A stretch of 64,000 nt of DNA from the human T2T-CHM13v2.0 reference genome, Homo sapiens. Position numbers and translations under genes: made by a program. The DNA lies in NCBI RefSeq assembly GCF_009914755.1, contig NC_060937.1. One strand, 5' to 3'. Positions 1 through 13,425 of this stretch are shown here, piece after piece. Within the stretch, counting starts at the first letter, position 1, and the number at the start of each line of letters is the position of its first letter. Under the pieces are notes generated by a model. It was not told the origin of the DNA. It ran no database searches and worked only from the letters and a program-made list of their open reading frames with translations.

Positions 1-17
1 CTTATTGCCACAGAGTT

Positions 18-368
18 CCCCACCTCCCCCCACCCCCCCCACCTCCCCCACCCCCCCACCCCCCACCTCCCCCACCTCCCCCCACCCCCCACCTCCCCCC
101 ACCCCCACCCACCTCCCCCCACCCCCACCCACCTCCCCCCACCCCCACCCACCTCCCCCCACCCCCACCCACCTCCCCCCACCCCCACCCACCTCCCCCC
201 ACCCCCCACCTCCCCCACCCCCCACCTCCCCCCACCCCCCACCCCCACCCCCTACCCCCCACCCCCCACCTCCCCCCACCCCCCACCCCCTACCCCCCAC
301 CCCCCACCTCCCCCCACCCCCCACCTCCCCCCACCCCCCACCTCCCCCCACCCCCCCACCTCCCCCCG
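18..368. repeat. C-rich low-complexity tandem repeat (CCCCACCT/CCCCCA units)
   Basis: About 350 bp of C runs broken by A/T; the minus strand is G-run rich. Confidence 0.95.
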
Positions 369-639
369 CCCTCTTGTCATTCAGGCTGTTGTGCAGTGGC
401 GCGATCTCGGCTCACTGCACCCTCCGCCTGCCGGGTTCAGGCTATTCTCCTGCTTCAGCCTCTTGAGTAGCTGGGATTACAGGCACACACCACCACACCT
501 GACTAACTTTTGTACTTTTAGTAGAGACGGGGTTTCACAATGTCGGCCAGGCTGGTCTCAAACTCCTAACCTCAGGTGATCCGCCTGCCTTGTCCTCCCC
601 AAGTGCTGGGATTACAGGCGTGAGCCACCGTGCCTGGCC
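369..639 (-). mobile_element. Alu (AluS-like) lacking a visible A-tail
   Basis: gtgcagtggcgcgatctcggctcactgca...tgagccaccgtgcctggcc. Confidence 0.95.
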
Positions 640-847
640 AGAGTGTATTCTGTTTGTTTTATGATCTCTGTATTGATGTTAATGCTGGTCAGTTGTGTCT
701 AAACCCCAAAAGGGAGGGGGTAGAAGGAGGTATGTGTAACCTCTGTCATGGCTGGGAGCTCAGTTTTTAAGATTTTTCTGGGGTTCCCTTGACCAAGAAG
801 GGATCCATTCAGTCGGAAGGGGCTTAGGATTTTATTTTTAGTTTGCA
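640..847 (-). mobile_element. MER4-group ERV1 LTR, 5' part (continues at 1-17 and beyond the window edge)
   Basis: Reverse complement starts tgcaaactaaaaataaaatcctaagcccc and is homologous to the LTR at 40274; 1-16 (rc actctgtggcaataag) continues the same consensus. Confidence 0.75.
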
Positions 848-1089
848 AGTTGAATGTCTAGGCAGCTGACTGAAGGTTATTTGATGAAGCCAAATGCCTG
901 GATGCTCCCAAAGTGTGCATATCTGGTCCTCTGTCTCGCCCGAAACCCGGAGGCCCTCAGGGCCTGTGGATTCCCGGGAACGCTCGTGTCACACGGGCTC
1001 GGGTGGCATGTGCGGGGACATACCACTTAATGTACATACAAGCCTGTCGTGTGGCGCAGTTGATCTCAACTTTTAAATAAAGAAGATGA

Positions 1090-1937
1090 GCATCGCCCCC
1101 TCCATCATCCCTGCCCACACCTCTCACCAGCGCCCACTGCCTGGGTGTGGACCAGCCCCTATCGTCCCCATCGCCCCCTTCGCCCCCTTCTCCCCCATCG
1201 CCCCCTTCACCCCCTTTGCCCCTATTGCCCCCTTCTCCCCCATCGCCCTCTTCGCCCCCATCGGCACCATCGCCCCATTCCGACACTGCATGCCCTGAGT
1301 TCAAGTGGACCCCACAGGTTATGGGCTCTGTCCCCCAAGACGGCCTGCTTCAGACACAGCTACAAGTCTCAGGGACCACCTACACTTCTGAGCACCTGCC
1401 ATAAACGTCAGGGAGGGCCCTGTGACTCAGGGTTGACGATTTACTGGAAGGACTCGCGGAACTCAGGAGGTCACTGTGCTGAAGACAAGGGGCTTATGAT
1501 GGTGGGAGCAATGTGATGGGTCCACTGGGAGCCCCCTGTCCCCGTGGAGCTGTCACGTGGCCCTCCTCCAGAACCGTGTATGTGCGGCAGCCAGGATTCG
1601 TGCATCCAGAGTTTCATCAGAGTCTCATCACTGCTTGGGGGTCTCATCACACTATTGGCCAAGAGATTGAGTTCAGTCTCCAGTGTCTCCCTTCTCCCCA
1701 CAGGTCAGAGGTCAGGCTGGGGATGGAAGCTGCAGCCCTGTCCTGGGGTGAGGCCGGCCCCCCCCCAGGAAGCTGTTTGGGGCCCATCTTGAGTCTCCTC
1801 ATTAGCATAAACTCAGGTGTGGTCCACAGGGGCTCTTGGTGAGCAACAGAAACACTCCTGCCATGTGGGAAATTCCAAGGGTCCTGAAGCATGCTGGGCA
1901 CCGGAACAGAGGCCAGGTGTGTTCCTCATTCCACCAC
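1090..1937 (-). mobile_element. MER21-family LTR
   Basis: Diagnostic segments gaccccacaggtta..ggctc.gtccc.caagac, ctcattagcataaactcagg and ggaaattccaagggt; boundaries approximate. Confidence 0.7.
1161..1277. repeat. 9-bp minisatellite (atcgccccc/ttcgccccc), ~13 copies
   Basis: Seen directly. Confidence 0.9.
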
Positions 1938-3211
1938 GGAGCCAGGGTCTGACCCAAGTGTTTCTGTTTCCAAAGGTGATCTGCCTTCCTCTGCTCCAGC
2001 CACCCCTGCGGCCATGCCTGTGGTCCCCTGTGTGGGCTGGGCTGTGGCCTTGGACCTGGTCCCCACGTCATTTTCTTCTCCCTTGGGGTGGATTGTCTGT
2101 GGGCCCGGTGTGGGACCAACAGCTGATGGCCGACGCCTCTTGCCGTAGGTTGCCGGCCATGCATACCTGGGGGAAGACTTGAACTCCATCCCTCTGTCAA
2201 CCCTGTTCTGAGTCACAAGAGACACTGCAAACCCCCCTTGTGGGAGCTGACTCAGGCTCGGGCTGGGCTCAAGGCAGTGGGGTGGGGACAGACAGGTAAA
2301 CCTGTGATCATGATACGATGTGGACCTCCCATGGCCAAGGTGAATCCCAAATGCTTTGGGAGCAGAGTGACCAAAAGAAGACCCCTGGGGAGCAGACGAG
2401 GTATGGGCAGAGGCATCACCCCCTCCACTCTCTCTGCTCTCAGCCCTCACCAGCCCACTGCCCGGGCATGCACCAGCCTCCTTCGCCCCCATCGCCTGGC
2501 CCCTGCCACCTGGGTTTCTCAGCCGCTGCCTTCACTCACCCCTCCCCACACCAGTCTGGAGTGATAGGCTGCGTCTGCACGCGGCTGGCTCTGCCTAGGT
2601 GCCCAGGAGTGACTGGCACAAGTGTGTGCTCTATGTGCTTAATGCCTCTAACGACCAAGTGTGGGAAGCTTTTCTCGTGTGTAGTAATGAAATAGCTCAG
2701 ATGTAAGCAGAACAGATGCACCAGCCCTCCCATGCCCCAGCCAGTGAGTGTGTGGCTACAGCTGTGGCTGCAAAGTCCCCATCCCTGGAGTTCCTTGGAC
2801 AGGAGAAGCTTCTATTTGTGGAGGATGACTAAGGACAACGTCCCTGAGGGTGGCCTGTTGGTTACAGGAAGCTGAGGTTTGGAACAGATCCCTGCGTGCA
2901 GGTGAGAACGATAGAAATGGGTGAAGGAGGCTGAGAGAGACTCAGGAGCCCCTCCCCGGCAGCTGAGGTGACGAGGGTGCCCCTGAAGGACGCCCTCAGA
3001 GCAAGGTGCTGGGGAGGGGGCGGGAAGCGGTGGCCCTGGGGCCTGCTCACCGCACCTCTGTGCCAAGCAAGCTTTGTGCTTTTAGTTTTCACCGACTCTG
3101 CTTCTGTAAACGCAGCTGGTGTCTAGGGAGTCACAATCGGTCCTTGAAAAGAGGAGGCTTCTCTGAAGGGAATAGTGTGTGTCACCAGGAGGTGTATGCC
3201 GGGGATGGGGC

Positions 3212-3510
3212 ACGGCGTGCGTGCAGGGAGAGGGGCCAGGGGGCACAGTGTGCATGCAAAGAGAAGGCCCAGGGGGCACTGCATGCGTGCAGGGAGAGGA
3301 GCCAGGGAGGAAGCACGTGCGTGCAGGGAGAGGGGCCAGAGGGCACAGTCTGTGTGCAGGGAGAGGGGCTGGGGGCACAGCGTGCATGCAAAGAGAAGGC
3401 CTGGGGGGCACTGCATGCGTGCAGGGAGAGGGGCTGTGGGGAAACACAGTCTGCATGCAGGGAGAGGGGCCATGGGGCACCATCTGTGTGCAGGGAGAAT
3501 GGCCGGGGGC
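3212..3510. repeat. ~32-bp degenerate minisatellite (gtgcagggagaggggccagggggcac...)
   Basis: Recurrent tgcagggagagg / tgcaaagagaagg cores, about 9 copies. Confidence 0.85.
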
Positions 3511-4073
3511 AGTTGATAGGTGCTGGGGGACAGGCCTAAAGGCAGTTGTACTTCCGAGAGCTTTTCCCGGCAGATTCCCAGATCTGCAGGTGAATGAGGT
3601 GAAGGAGCCCAAAGGGGCCGTCTGGATGGCAGCTCCTGACCTTCTCCATCTGTGCTGCTGCCATGTCCTCTCTAATGCTCCAGCCGGGGGTGCTGCAGAT
3701 GCTGGGGGACAGAAAACAGAGCCAATCAAATGCCTGGCTTTGCAAACTGGAAAAAAAAGTCCATTGCTTTTGCAATTTGAAGGGCTCACAGGAGCAGAAA
3801 ATTAGTGGTGAAGAGTGTTATAAAATTATTGGATACAGTGCCTTAACCTGTAAACTTGAAGCTGAAAGTGTGCCATGAGAAAGGTACAAGCAGAATAAAA
3901 AATGCACCACCTAATGCTACTGTAGGTCCTCTGAATAAATAATTGTAAAGACATCTTCCTTGGGACATGGATAATAGGGAAAAATCTCATAGAAAACTGG
4001 GGACATTGCAAATTTTTTTTCTCATATACAGCTTTACAATTCTTGCATAGCTTATGCGAATTTCTTACTATAA

Positions 4074-4451
<378 letters not shown>

Positions 4452-5085
4452 TAGCAAGTTTACTATATTTATTTACTTTATTCAACCAGCAATTACTGAG
4501 AATCTGCTATAGGCAGGTTCTGGGAACACAGGAAACAAAGCAAACAACAGAAATAAGAATTGGTCTTTTCCTGGTAGGAATTTAAAATCTAATGGGAGCA
4601 GCAGCAGTCTCTTTCCAAAAAAAAAAAAGATAAATGCCACAGGTGACTCTAGAGAACACTGCTTTTGTTCTTTGCACGTGAAGGAACCAGGCTGCCTGAG
4701 GTGTAGGGGCTCCACACACCATGCAGGGCCCGCACAGGCCCCATTTGGCAGGCAGAGGTAGTCCCTGCCCGTTTTCTTGAGGGCTGGTGGCTGCCTGGGA
4801 AATTCACCTGACACCAGATTGAAATGCAGATCGGCTTTCATCTGTTTCTGGAGCTAAACTCTGGCTTCGTGCAGCCTGCCACGCAGCTCGGGGACTCCGG
4901 CGCTGGGCGAGGAACTCGGCTCCAGGTGCATCTTGTTAAAGGCTGAGCCCCATTTCTCACATGCGTTGCGGAATCGAATTCTCCGTGTAACTCAGAACTC
5001 AGAGTGAATGAGAGATCGATACATGTAGGGTTCCAGCAAGGGCCGTGTCTGGTGAGCAGGGGAAAAACACCCCTTTTTCATAGAC

Positions 5086-5256
5086 CAGGGACTGGCAACC
5101 TTTTTCTGAAAAGGGCAGATAGTGAATGTTGTAGGCTTATGGGGCCTTGAGGTCTGTGCACCTGCTCACATCTGCCATTGTAGCAGGAAAAAGGCCACAG
5201 AGAAAATGGAATGAGTGAGTGTGGCTGGTGCCAGTTAGCTTAATTTACAAAGCCAG
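5086..5256 (+). mobile_element. MER58A-like hAT-Charlie DNA transposon fragment
   Basis: cagggactggcaacctttttctgaaaagggcagatagtgaat...ctgccattgtagc resembles the MER58A start. Confidence 0.7.
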
Positions 5257-5298
5257 TCACTGACCTTTACCCAGATAACTGGACTGGTGGACCCAACA

Positions 5299-5803
5299 TG
5301 GAGGGGCCATGAGACCATGCGGCCCACCTCCCTGTGTTACCTGTATGTACCACGTTGTCAGTATCCACGCGTGGATGGGCCATGAGACTGCGGCCCGCCT
5401 CCCTGTGTTACCTGTATGTACCACGTTGTCAGTGTCCACGTGTGGAGGGGCCATGAGACTGTGCGGCCCGGCTCCCTGTGTTACCTGTATGTACCACGTT
5501 GTCAGTATCCACACGTGGAGGGGCCGTGAGACCGTGCAGCCCGCTTCCCTGTGTTACCTGTATGTACCGCGTTATCAGTATCCACGCGTGGAGGGGGCCG
5601 TGAGACTGTGTGGCCCGCCTCCCTGTGTTACCTGTATGTACCGCGTTGTCACTATCCACTCGTGGGGGGGCCGTGAGACCGTGCGGCCCGCCTCCCTGTG
5701 TTACCTGTATGTACCGCTTTGTCAGTATCCACGCGTGGAGGGGCCGTGAGACTGCGGCCCGCCTCCCTGTGTTACCTGCATGTACCGCCTTATTAGTATT
5801 CAT
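5299..5803. repeat. ~73-bp VNTR, ~7 copies
   Basis: ccctgtgttacctgtatgtacc recurs near 5330, 5401, 5474, 5548, 5621, 5694, 5765. Confidence 0.95.
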
Positions 5804-6414
5804 GGACCTTTAACTACAAATATTCTGTGATCGCTTACCTCTGCTGTTCCTCTTCTCCTTGTCTATCTTGATATAGTTATGGACTGATTGGATTTATGGA
5901 ATGGATATACAAACAGTTCAAAATTCAAAGCTAAGAGAAGAATACACAGTGGCCGCTGACCTCTGCTAGCGGCTTCCCTCCTGGGGGTGGCCCACTGCAA
6001 ACTCCACCGTGGCCCTGGTGCATGTGACAAGCAAATGCAGTGATCAGAGGCTTGACTAAAGCAGGTTTTCACGTTGGCGACATTTAGGATGGTTAGTTTT
6101 TTAACACATTTAAAGCAAAGGCTTTGTTCTCTGTTGAGAGTCCAGGAAAGGATCCTGACGTCTTAAGAATCTGAGTGACAAAATCGGTGAACCTGAGTGA
6201 AAATTTAGAATTGGAAGACATTTCTGTTAGCGTATCATCCCGGGTGCTCCTGGACGCAGGACTCTCCACACGTCTGGTTGGCGGTCAGCTCATTTATGAT
6301 TGAGCCTGACCTTATGACAGGCCACCTCGTTAACGATTGGATGTTGTTTTTATCACTCTTTACTACGTTTGCTTTCCCACCCCTGCTGTTTCCATGGGTT
6401 TATCCGACTCTGCC

Positions 6415-6750
6415 CACTGAGGCAGCACAGTCCCCTCGCCTTAGCATTGCGGGCCCAGAGTATCTAACGCGTCCGAGTGCGAACAGTGTCAGAAGGCACT
6501 GAGGCAGCGCGGTTCCCACCTCGGCATTGCAGGCCCAGAGTATCTAACGCGTCTGCGTGTGAACAGTGTCGGAAGGCACTGAGGCAGCGCAGTCCCCACC
6601 TTGGCATTGCAGGCCCGGAGTGTCTTACTCATCCGAGTGTGAACAATGTTGGAAGGCACTGAGGCAGCACAGTCCCCCCACCTCGGCATTGCGGACCTGG
6701 AGCATGTAACACGTCTGAGTGTGAACAGCGTCAGAAGGCACTGCCGCAGC
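6415..6750. repeat. ~80-bp tandem repeat, ~4 copies
   Basis: cactgaggcagc recurs near 6415, 6498, 6578, 6658. Confidence 0.92.
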
Positions 6751-8001
6751 GCTCCTGCTATTTTTAGCGTCCTGCTATCTTTAGCTGATAGAGTCAGGCC
6801 ACGGTGAGGCCAGCAGGCCGCTGAATCTCACGGAGGCTTCAGAAGTTGTGATGCTGGCCCCTCAGCTTGCGGGAACTCTTCGAGGAAAAAAACGCGCAAA
6901 CTGTTAATGTTGTCAGTGATTAATCTGATTGAAGCAAACGGGGAATGGTTGTTACTTTTAAATGGCTCCTGACAATGGTTTGGCCAGGGCTTAGATGTAA
7001 CAGTAGTACTTACTTCTTCAATAGCCAAAGCTTGAACTTAGGAAAATGGGCAGCATAATTTTTAGTTACAGATTTGGGAGCTGGAAGGGTGCAGAGTCTC
7101 ATCTCTGTGTCCATGCTAAGTGCAGCTTCTCATGATGGTGGAGGACGAGTTTCTTCATGGGAAATAAAAGAGCCCGTGGGAACCCTTCGCAGCGGCCCAC
7201 ATAGACCACGGACCACATGGGAGCCGTGGGGCTGGTGACCTGGAAGGGGGCATCCTGCAGTCACATGGCAAGGGCGACCTCGGAGGAGTCCAATCTGCCA
7301 GGACATGGGCAGCCGCAGAGCTTCTGTACCGGAGGCGATGCTGTTATCTTTATTTGTGTGGATCTGTGATTCATGTGGATCTGTGAAGCCTCATGGAGGC
7401 CGGAGGACGGGCATTGATGAGGGAAGGTGAGGCTGGCAAATTCCTGGCATGGAACAGTTTGTTCTCAAAGAGCCAGCTGAGCCCACAGCAGTTTTGTAAT
7501 CTGGAACCTCGTGGCTGGCGTGTGATGTGATGAACTCCCCTGCTGATGCGTGAATAACTCCTGACACATCCCTGTTCTCTAGTAACACGGTGCTAGGCAT
7601 GGGACACACAGCCGCTTCCCAGGAAACTCCACAGCGTGAGCACCGGGTGCCTGCGCAGGTGCGGGAGGATGGGGCTCCCGTGCGGAGTCTGCGCAGGGCC
7701 TCCTGGTGAAATTGCGCCCTTCTGGACACACTGCTGGGTCCATCACATGAGCCTACCATGGCAGATCATATATTTGTAAATGAACCTTAAAAGGTGAGGT
7801 TTTTAGGCTTTCAGATATTTGGGGGGAAAGGGTAGAAAACTGCCCCCAGGAGGCCTGAATGAATCAAGTCGTGCTGCAGAGCAGGGAGGATTTTCGGAAT
7901 TAGATGCCGCTGTGACGGCAGCAGGTCGGTGGCAGGGTGGGAGGAAGTGTGTCTTCGGGCAGCACTTTCTCATGGGACAGGTGTTCTTTCCGTAGACAGT
8001 C

Positions 8002-8336
8002 TATTTATTTATTTATTTTTTGAGACGGAGTCTTGCTAAGTTACCCAGGCTGGAGTGCTGTGGCGCGATCTCTGCTCATTTGAACCTCTGCCTCCTGGGC
8101 TCAAGTGATTCTCCTGCCTCAGCCTCCTGAGTAGCTGGGATTACAGGTGCCCACACCACGCCCAGATAATTTTTGTATTTGTAGTAGAGACAGGGTTTCA
8201 CCATGTTGGCCAGGCTGGTCTGGAACTCCTGACCTCCAGTGATCCACCCTCCTCAGCCTCCAAAATGCTCCAGTGATCCGCCTGCCTTAGCCTCCCAAAG
8301 TGCTGGGATTACAGGCATGAGCTACTGTGTCCGGCC
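8002..8336 (-). mobile_element. Alu with an internal 34-bp tandem duplication
   Basis: (ATTT)n tail and Alu body; ctccagtgatcc occurs at 8234 and 8268. Confidence 0.94.
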
Positions 8337-9439
8337 TCCTATACAGTCTTTCTTAGATAAAACAGGAAGGGTTAGCTTTATTACTAAAGAAAACAGATTA
8401 GCTTTATTACTAAAGAAAACAGAAATGCCATCTAAGCAGAAATAGAAACTAAGTATCAGAACTCCCTTGATGACTGCGCCACACACTTCATTCCCACTCC
8501 ATTCCCAGCCAGGAGTCCACAGCCCAAGTCTCATTCCAGCCAGCTGAGGTTCTGTAGTTGATAATCAATTGCACGGCACTCACTAGTTTTCTGTTTTATT
8601 TATGAGTAAAGTTTTAAGTGTGACGATGTAAGTGAAAATTCAAGAGTGGGAACTGGATGTGAATCAACTCATTGCCTATCGATGGCCCAGCAGGTACTGC
8701 TGTCCCCAAGGAAGGTGCGGGAGGAGACAGTAGGTGTCACTTATGTTCATGGCTGTCCCACGAGGCCTGTCACGTCCTATCCTATGAGATCCATCACATC
8801 TTATCCTGTGAGACTTACAACAACCTATGCTACGAACATATCACATCCTATCCTTCAAAAAATATCCCATCTTGCCCTACAAGCCTCTAGGAGCAGGTGC
8901 AGAAGTGCAGGTGAGGAAGGGAGCAGTGGCCTGAGGGGTGCATGGGACAGTGGCAGTCCCAGCAGTGTGTGGGGTAAACCTACTAGATGGTGGAGAAATG
9001 GGGGCGGGGGGGGGCAGGTGGCCCATGTTCCGGTGTGGGAAGGCATAGCGTGCGGGCACTGGCCTCCCCAGGTGAGACAGTGGCCCGCAGCGGCATCCTG
9101 TGCATACCTGCACCTACGGTGTTGTGCAGTGAGTAAAAGGCTCCGGCATGAGTTCGGTCCTGTCGGGAAGTTGGTTGGGAGTTTTAGGGACGTGGCAATA
9201 ACTGCGTCCCAAGCAGCTCCTCCATTCAGGGCCCGTGACGGTCTGGAGTCGGAGGAGCCACAGACCACCTTCTGGTTCCTCCATTGCACTCAGGTGGGCA
9301 ACTTTAAACGTTTCTAAGTTAAAACAAAGTCTAACTTACTGTAGAATAGAATGAAAACTTGGCATAAAAATGTAAGAATATATACAAAAACTAAAAGAAA
9401 TAATGTGTTGTAGTGGGTGATTAGAGGTCCTGGGCCAGT

Positions 9440-9590
9440 GAGTCTCTCTCTCCCCATCCTCTTCTTTCCTACTCCCTGCTTCCCTCTCTCTCCAGCTGTG
9501 TCTCTCTCCATCTCTCTCTCTCCAGCTCTGTCTCTCTCCAGCTCCATCTCTCTCCAGCTCCATCTCTCTCCAGCTGCATCTCTCTGCATT
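9440..9590. repeat. CT-rich low-complexity repeat (ctctctccagct units)
   Basis: Seen directly. Confidence 0.85.
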
Positions 9591-9673
9591 TTCTCTTCTG
9601 GCCTTTGTGGTTAAACTTGAGAATAAAAATAAAAGCACTTACAAATTTATTTTATGACCATATCTGCCTCTAG

Positions 9674-9980
<307 letters not shown>

Positions 9981-12900
9981 TCTGCCTCTAGTTTAATTAG
10001 TGCTTATGTTTTATTTAGGTGGCAGGTGTTGAATTACAGTTTTGATTAAAACCCTTCTATTTTAGAGTTGGAGCAATAGACACAGGTTTACAAGTTATTT
10101 ATATAAAGATTTCTGTACATGTTTTTGTTCTAAAAATACATTTCATTGTTAAATTGGGCATTAGAAGCACAATGATACATTTCTTAAAGAACTAATTATA
10201 CAGGCAAACACTATTAATATTTAACAAGGCATCTGTTTTTCTCCTTGTCCATGCGCTTCCCCACAAAAGCAGAGAGGGGAAGCTGAATATGGCTTGGGGG
10301 CACACGGCGCGGGGCACAGCATCTCCACTTTACTTAAAGATGAGCAGTGGGTGGAGGATTCAGGCGCACTGAGCATGCAGGGCACTCACAGGATCCTGCT
10401 GTGCAGATGCAGGATCCGCAGTGGGGACAGGATGGATAGGACTGTAGAGCTTGTTTGATGCAGAGATTCTAGGCAGGAATGTGAAAGCCTCAGGTGTTAA
10501 GTTTCACTGTTTTTACTAACACTGGATATTAACAATTTAAAACACCTTTGACATATTTTCATTTGTATTTCATGTCTTGATGGTTAAGAGTTGAGCTGTT
10601 GAGCCTAGTTCTATTGTTGACTGGCTTTCTGCTGAAAAGCTAACAGGTTAAATGGTTTGTTAAATCCAGAACCTTCGAGGTAGGCCCACATTATCACATT
10701 AAACTCACAAGTGTGGATCACAAGTGAAGGAGTATTGCACAGAATGTTTTTTCCTTTCCTTATAAAATGCATTAGTCTATGCAAATACAACTTTAGGGGA
10801 AAAATAATATATTTAAAATATATTAAGTTTATCCTATATTTATATATTTTGGTTTCTGTTTTGTCTAAGAGCTCCAGAAATTCCTTGCTGACATTGTCCA
10901 AGTCAGTGGACAGCCAAATCTCATTTTTCTGACTCAATTCTGTGATTCTTATCTTCAGAGCTGCTTGGATTATTTAGCAGTGGTTCTCTCTTTCCTTTTC
11001 TTTCCAATCTTAAATTAGCAGTTCTATGTTTCACTGATGGGTCATTTGTCAAACAAATACTCATTGAGTTTCTATTAATACCATTACACCAGGCTTTTGT
11101 GTTACTTAGTTATCGAGAAAATGATTTCATCCGGGTTAATGAGCTAAAATGGCACAGTAGACAGTGAGCCACCAGGAGAGTGAGTGCTCCTGGGCTTCAC
11201 TAACTGTGCTGCTTCCAGCTGATAATGAGGTTTTGTTTGAGAAACTAAGCCCTCTGGACGTGGCCTCCCAGCAGGATGGACATGCGAGCTCAGCTGTTCC
11301 CCTGCTTGGCTTTTAATTGGTGCTGGGATGAGGCAGGTGCAGGGGGCGGGGGTGAGGGGCAGGGAAAGAACCTTGAAATACTTGAGAAAAGGGCCTTTCC
11401 TGCAACTTGGTTAAGAAACCGTTGCAAGCACAATAATATTGGGCTGAAAGAGGTTGGTCTTCATGGAATTTTAGTAACCCAAAGTTTAAGACAGGAGTGA
11501 AATTTCTTGTCTTTATTTCTAATTTGCAAACTGGAAAAGTGAGTCTGGGCAGAAATTGGGTTTCTAGTGCCTGTCAGTGACCTCAGCCATCAACCGCCGA
11601 GGAACTGCAGGCTGCCCGGAGAGTCAAACCCTGACTGTATCGGACTCAAAAAATAAATATCAGTGACAAATGCAGACTTCGAAAATGTGACCCAATGCTT
11701 TCACACTCCTGTACTTTTCATAAATTAGTGGTTTTCAAAGTGGATAGCAATATGAATATTTCTCTTTTTCAGTGATACTGTTTTTCTCGACACCACAAAA
11801 CTATCCTATACCCTGTACTTGGCTCACCTGCCCTCATAGCCGCACTTGGGGGGGATCACTATGGTGCCTGGTGGGGTGGCAGGTGCCTCCTCCTGAGGCA
11901 GCAACCCCAAAAGGTAAGCATGGTTCTGCCCACGCCCCCATTTCCAGCAGGCCTTGTCAGCGGTAGGACCATGAATACCGACTGGTGAGGGGGAGTGCCA
12001 GGAGACAGAGAAGACGGCTGCCCACTGGGGCTTCTAGTCTCCCTTCCAGGAAGGATTTGAAGTAGCTGACACAATTAAACACAACATAAAAGAGGACTTT
12101 TTTTAAAAAAAGAAAAAAGCTGAGAAAAATGTTAGCAGACGTCTGGGATGGATTTAGCTGTGCATTTTCTGGCAGTGAAGGTAAAAAAGGAAATCTCCAT
12201 CTGGGTCTAATAAAAGGCACTCCATAGATACACTGGGGAAAATAAACTTTTTCATTCAAGGGAGAATTAATTATAGAAGGACACTGGGAAATCTAAATAC
12301 CATAAACGGGTTTTGCTAACGTTTCAAGAATGTTGAGATTGAGTTTTTTTCCGTTAAATAAAAAGTTGATTTCTTTGAGTGCCCCGAAAGCCGGGCATTG
12401 CATGGCAGCCCAGCGATATAGCCTTCCGCGTGGCTGATGGAGGCTGTTTCCAATTGCCTGAGCTCACACAAGGGCAGGAATTACAGAACCCACAGCCGTG
12501 ATTTCTACGGGTTTGTCAACAGAACTCCTTCTCAAAGCATTTTATTTGTATAAATTTATAAATTCCAAGTCTTAACATTACTTAGTATGAATTCAGTGAA
12601 AAAGTAAGACTTTAGTGAACACAAAATCTGAAGCGAGAGGTTGTGATGCTTGCTGGAGTCAATCTGTTCATTTCCAGGTTCTGTTTTGGTTGCATTGTGT
12701 AGAGGAAACCTTCACTCGCGCAGATAAGAAGTGCTAAGTGGTCACAGGGCTTAGAATCCTGCACCGTGCATCCTCAAATAGCTCCAGAACCTTGACAGAG
12801 GCATTACAGAGTTGAACTCACCAGCCATTGCGTGATTCACCTAACATCGCTTACATTTCTCAGTGTAAAGTTAAGCAGCGCACCAAACCTTTCAGCAGTC

Positions 12901-13199
12901 GCTAAGTTGGGCTCAGCACTAAGGAGCACCTGACTTTTCCGAGGTGCATCCATAAGTCCCATGGTCCGTGTGCTCCTCCATGCCTCCGTGTGCGCATGCT
13001 CTGCTGCCGGGCCACCTCCCGCACCTCCGTCTGCACATGCCCAGAGCCTATGCAGAGCCTCCGTATGCGCATGCTCAGAGCAGGTGCAGGGCCTCCTCCC
13101 GTGCCTTTGTGTTCGCGTGCCCAGAGCAGGTGCAGAGTCCCTTTGACCTTGCTTAAGGAGCGCACAGGTGTGGACCATGGTGCCAGGATGCGGGTTGTG

Positions 13200-13425
13200 A
13201 GGGTAGCATGGACAGAGGGTGAGAACTCGAGCCCTGATCCAACCACACTGTTTGAACTTGACCCTATCACTTAGCACATGTTTTAACTTTGGCACGTTAT
13301 CTATTTTTTCTTAGCTTCAGTTTGCTTGTCTCTAAAACGGGGATTATATGGCACCTTCATGGGAGTTGCATGATGATCAATAAGAAACCCATATAGAGCT
13401 GCTAAATAGTGTCTGACACATAGGA
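13200..13425 (+). mobile_element. MIR fragment
   Basis: cttcagtttgcttgtctctaaaacggggatta...gtgtctgacacatagg resembles the MIR core. Confidence 0.6.

Noticed and set aside
2-466. Extensin/formin-like poly-proline ORF
   Set aside because: Translation of the C-rich tract running into an Alu.
12960-13140. TGCGCATGCT NRF1-like motifs in a degenerate repeat
   Set aside because: Only partial matches to TGCGCATGCGCA and no CpG-island promoter context.
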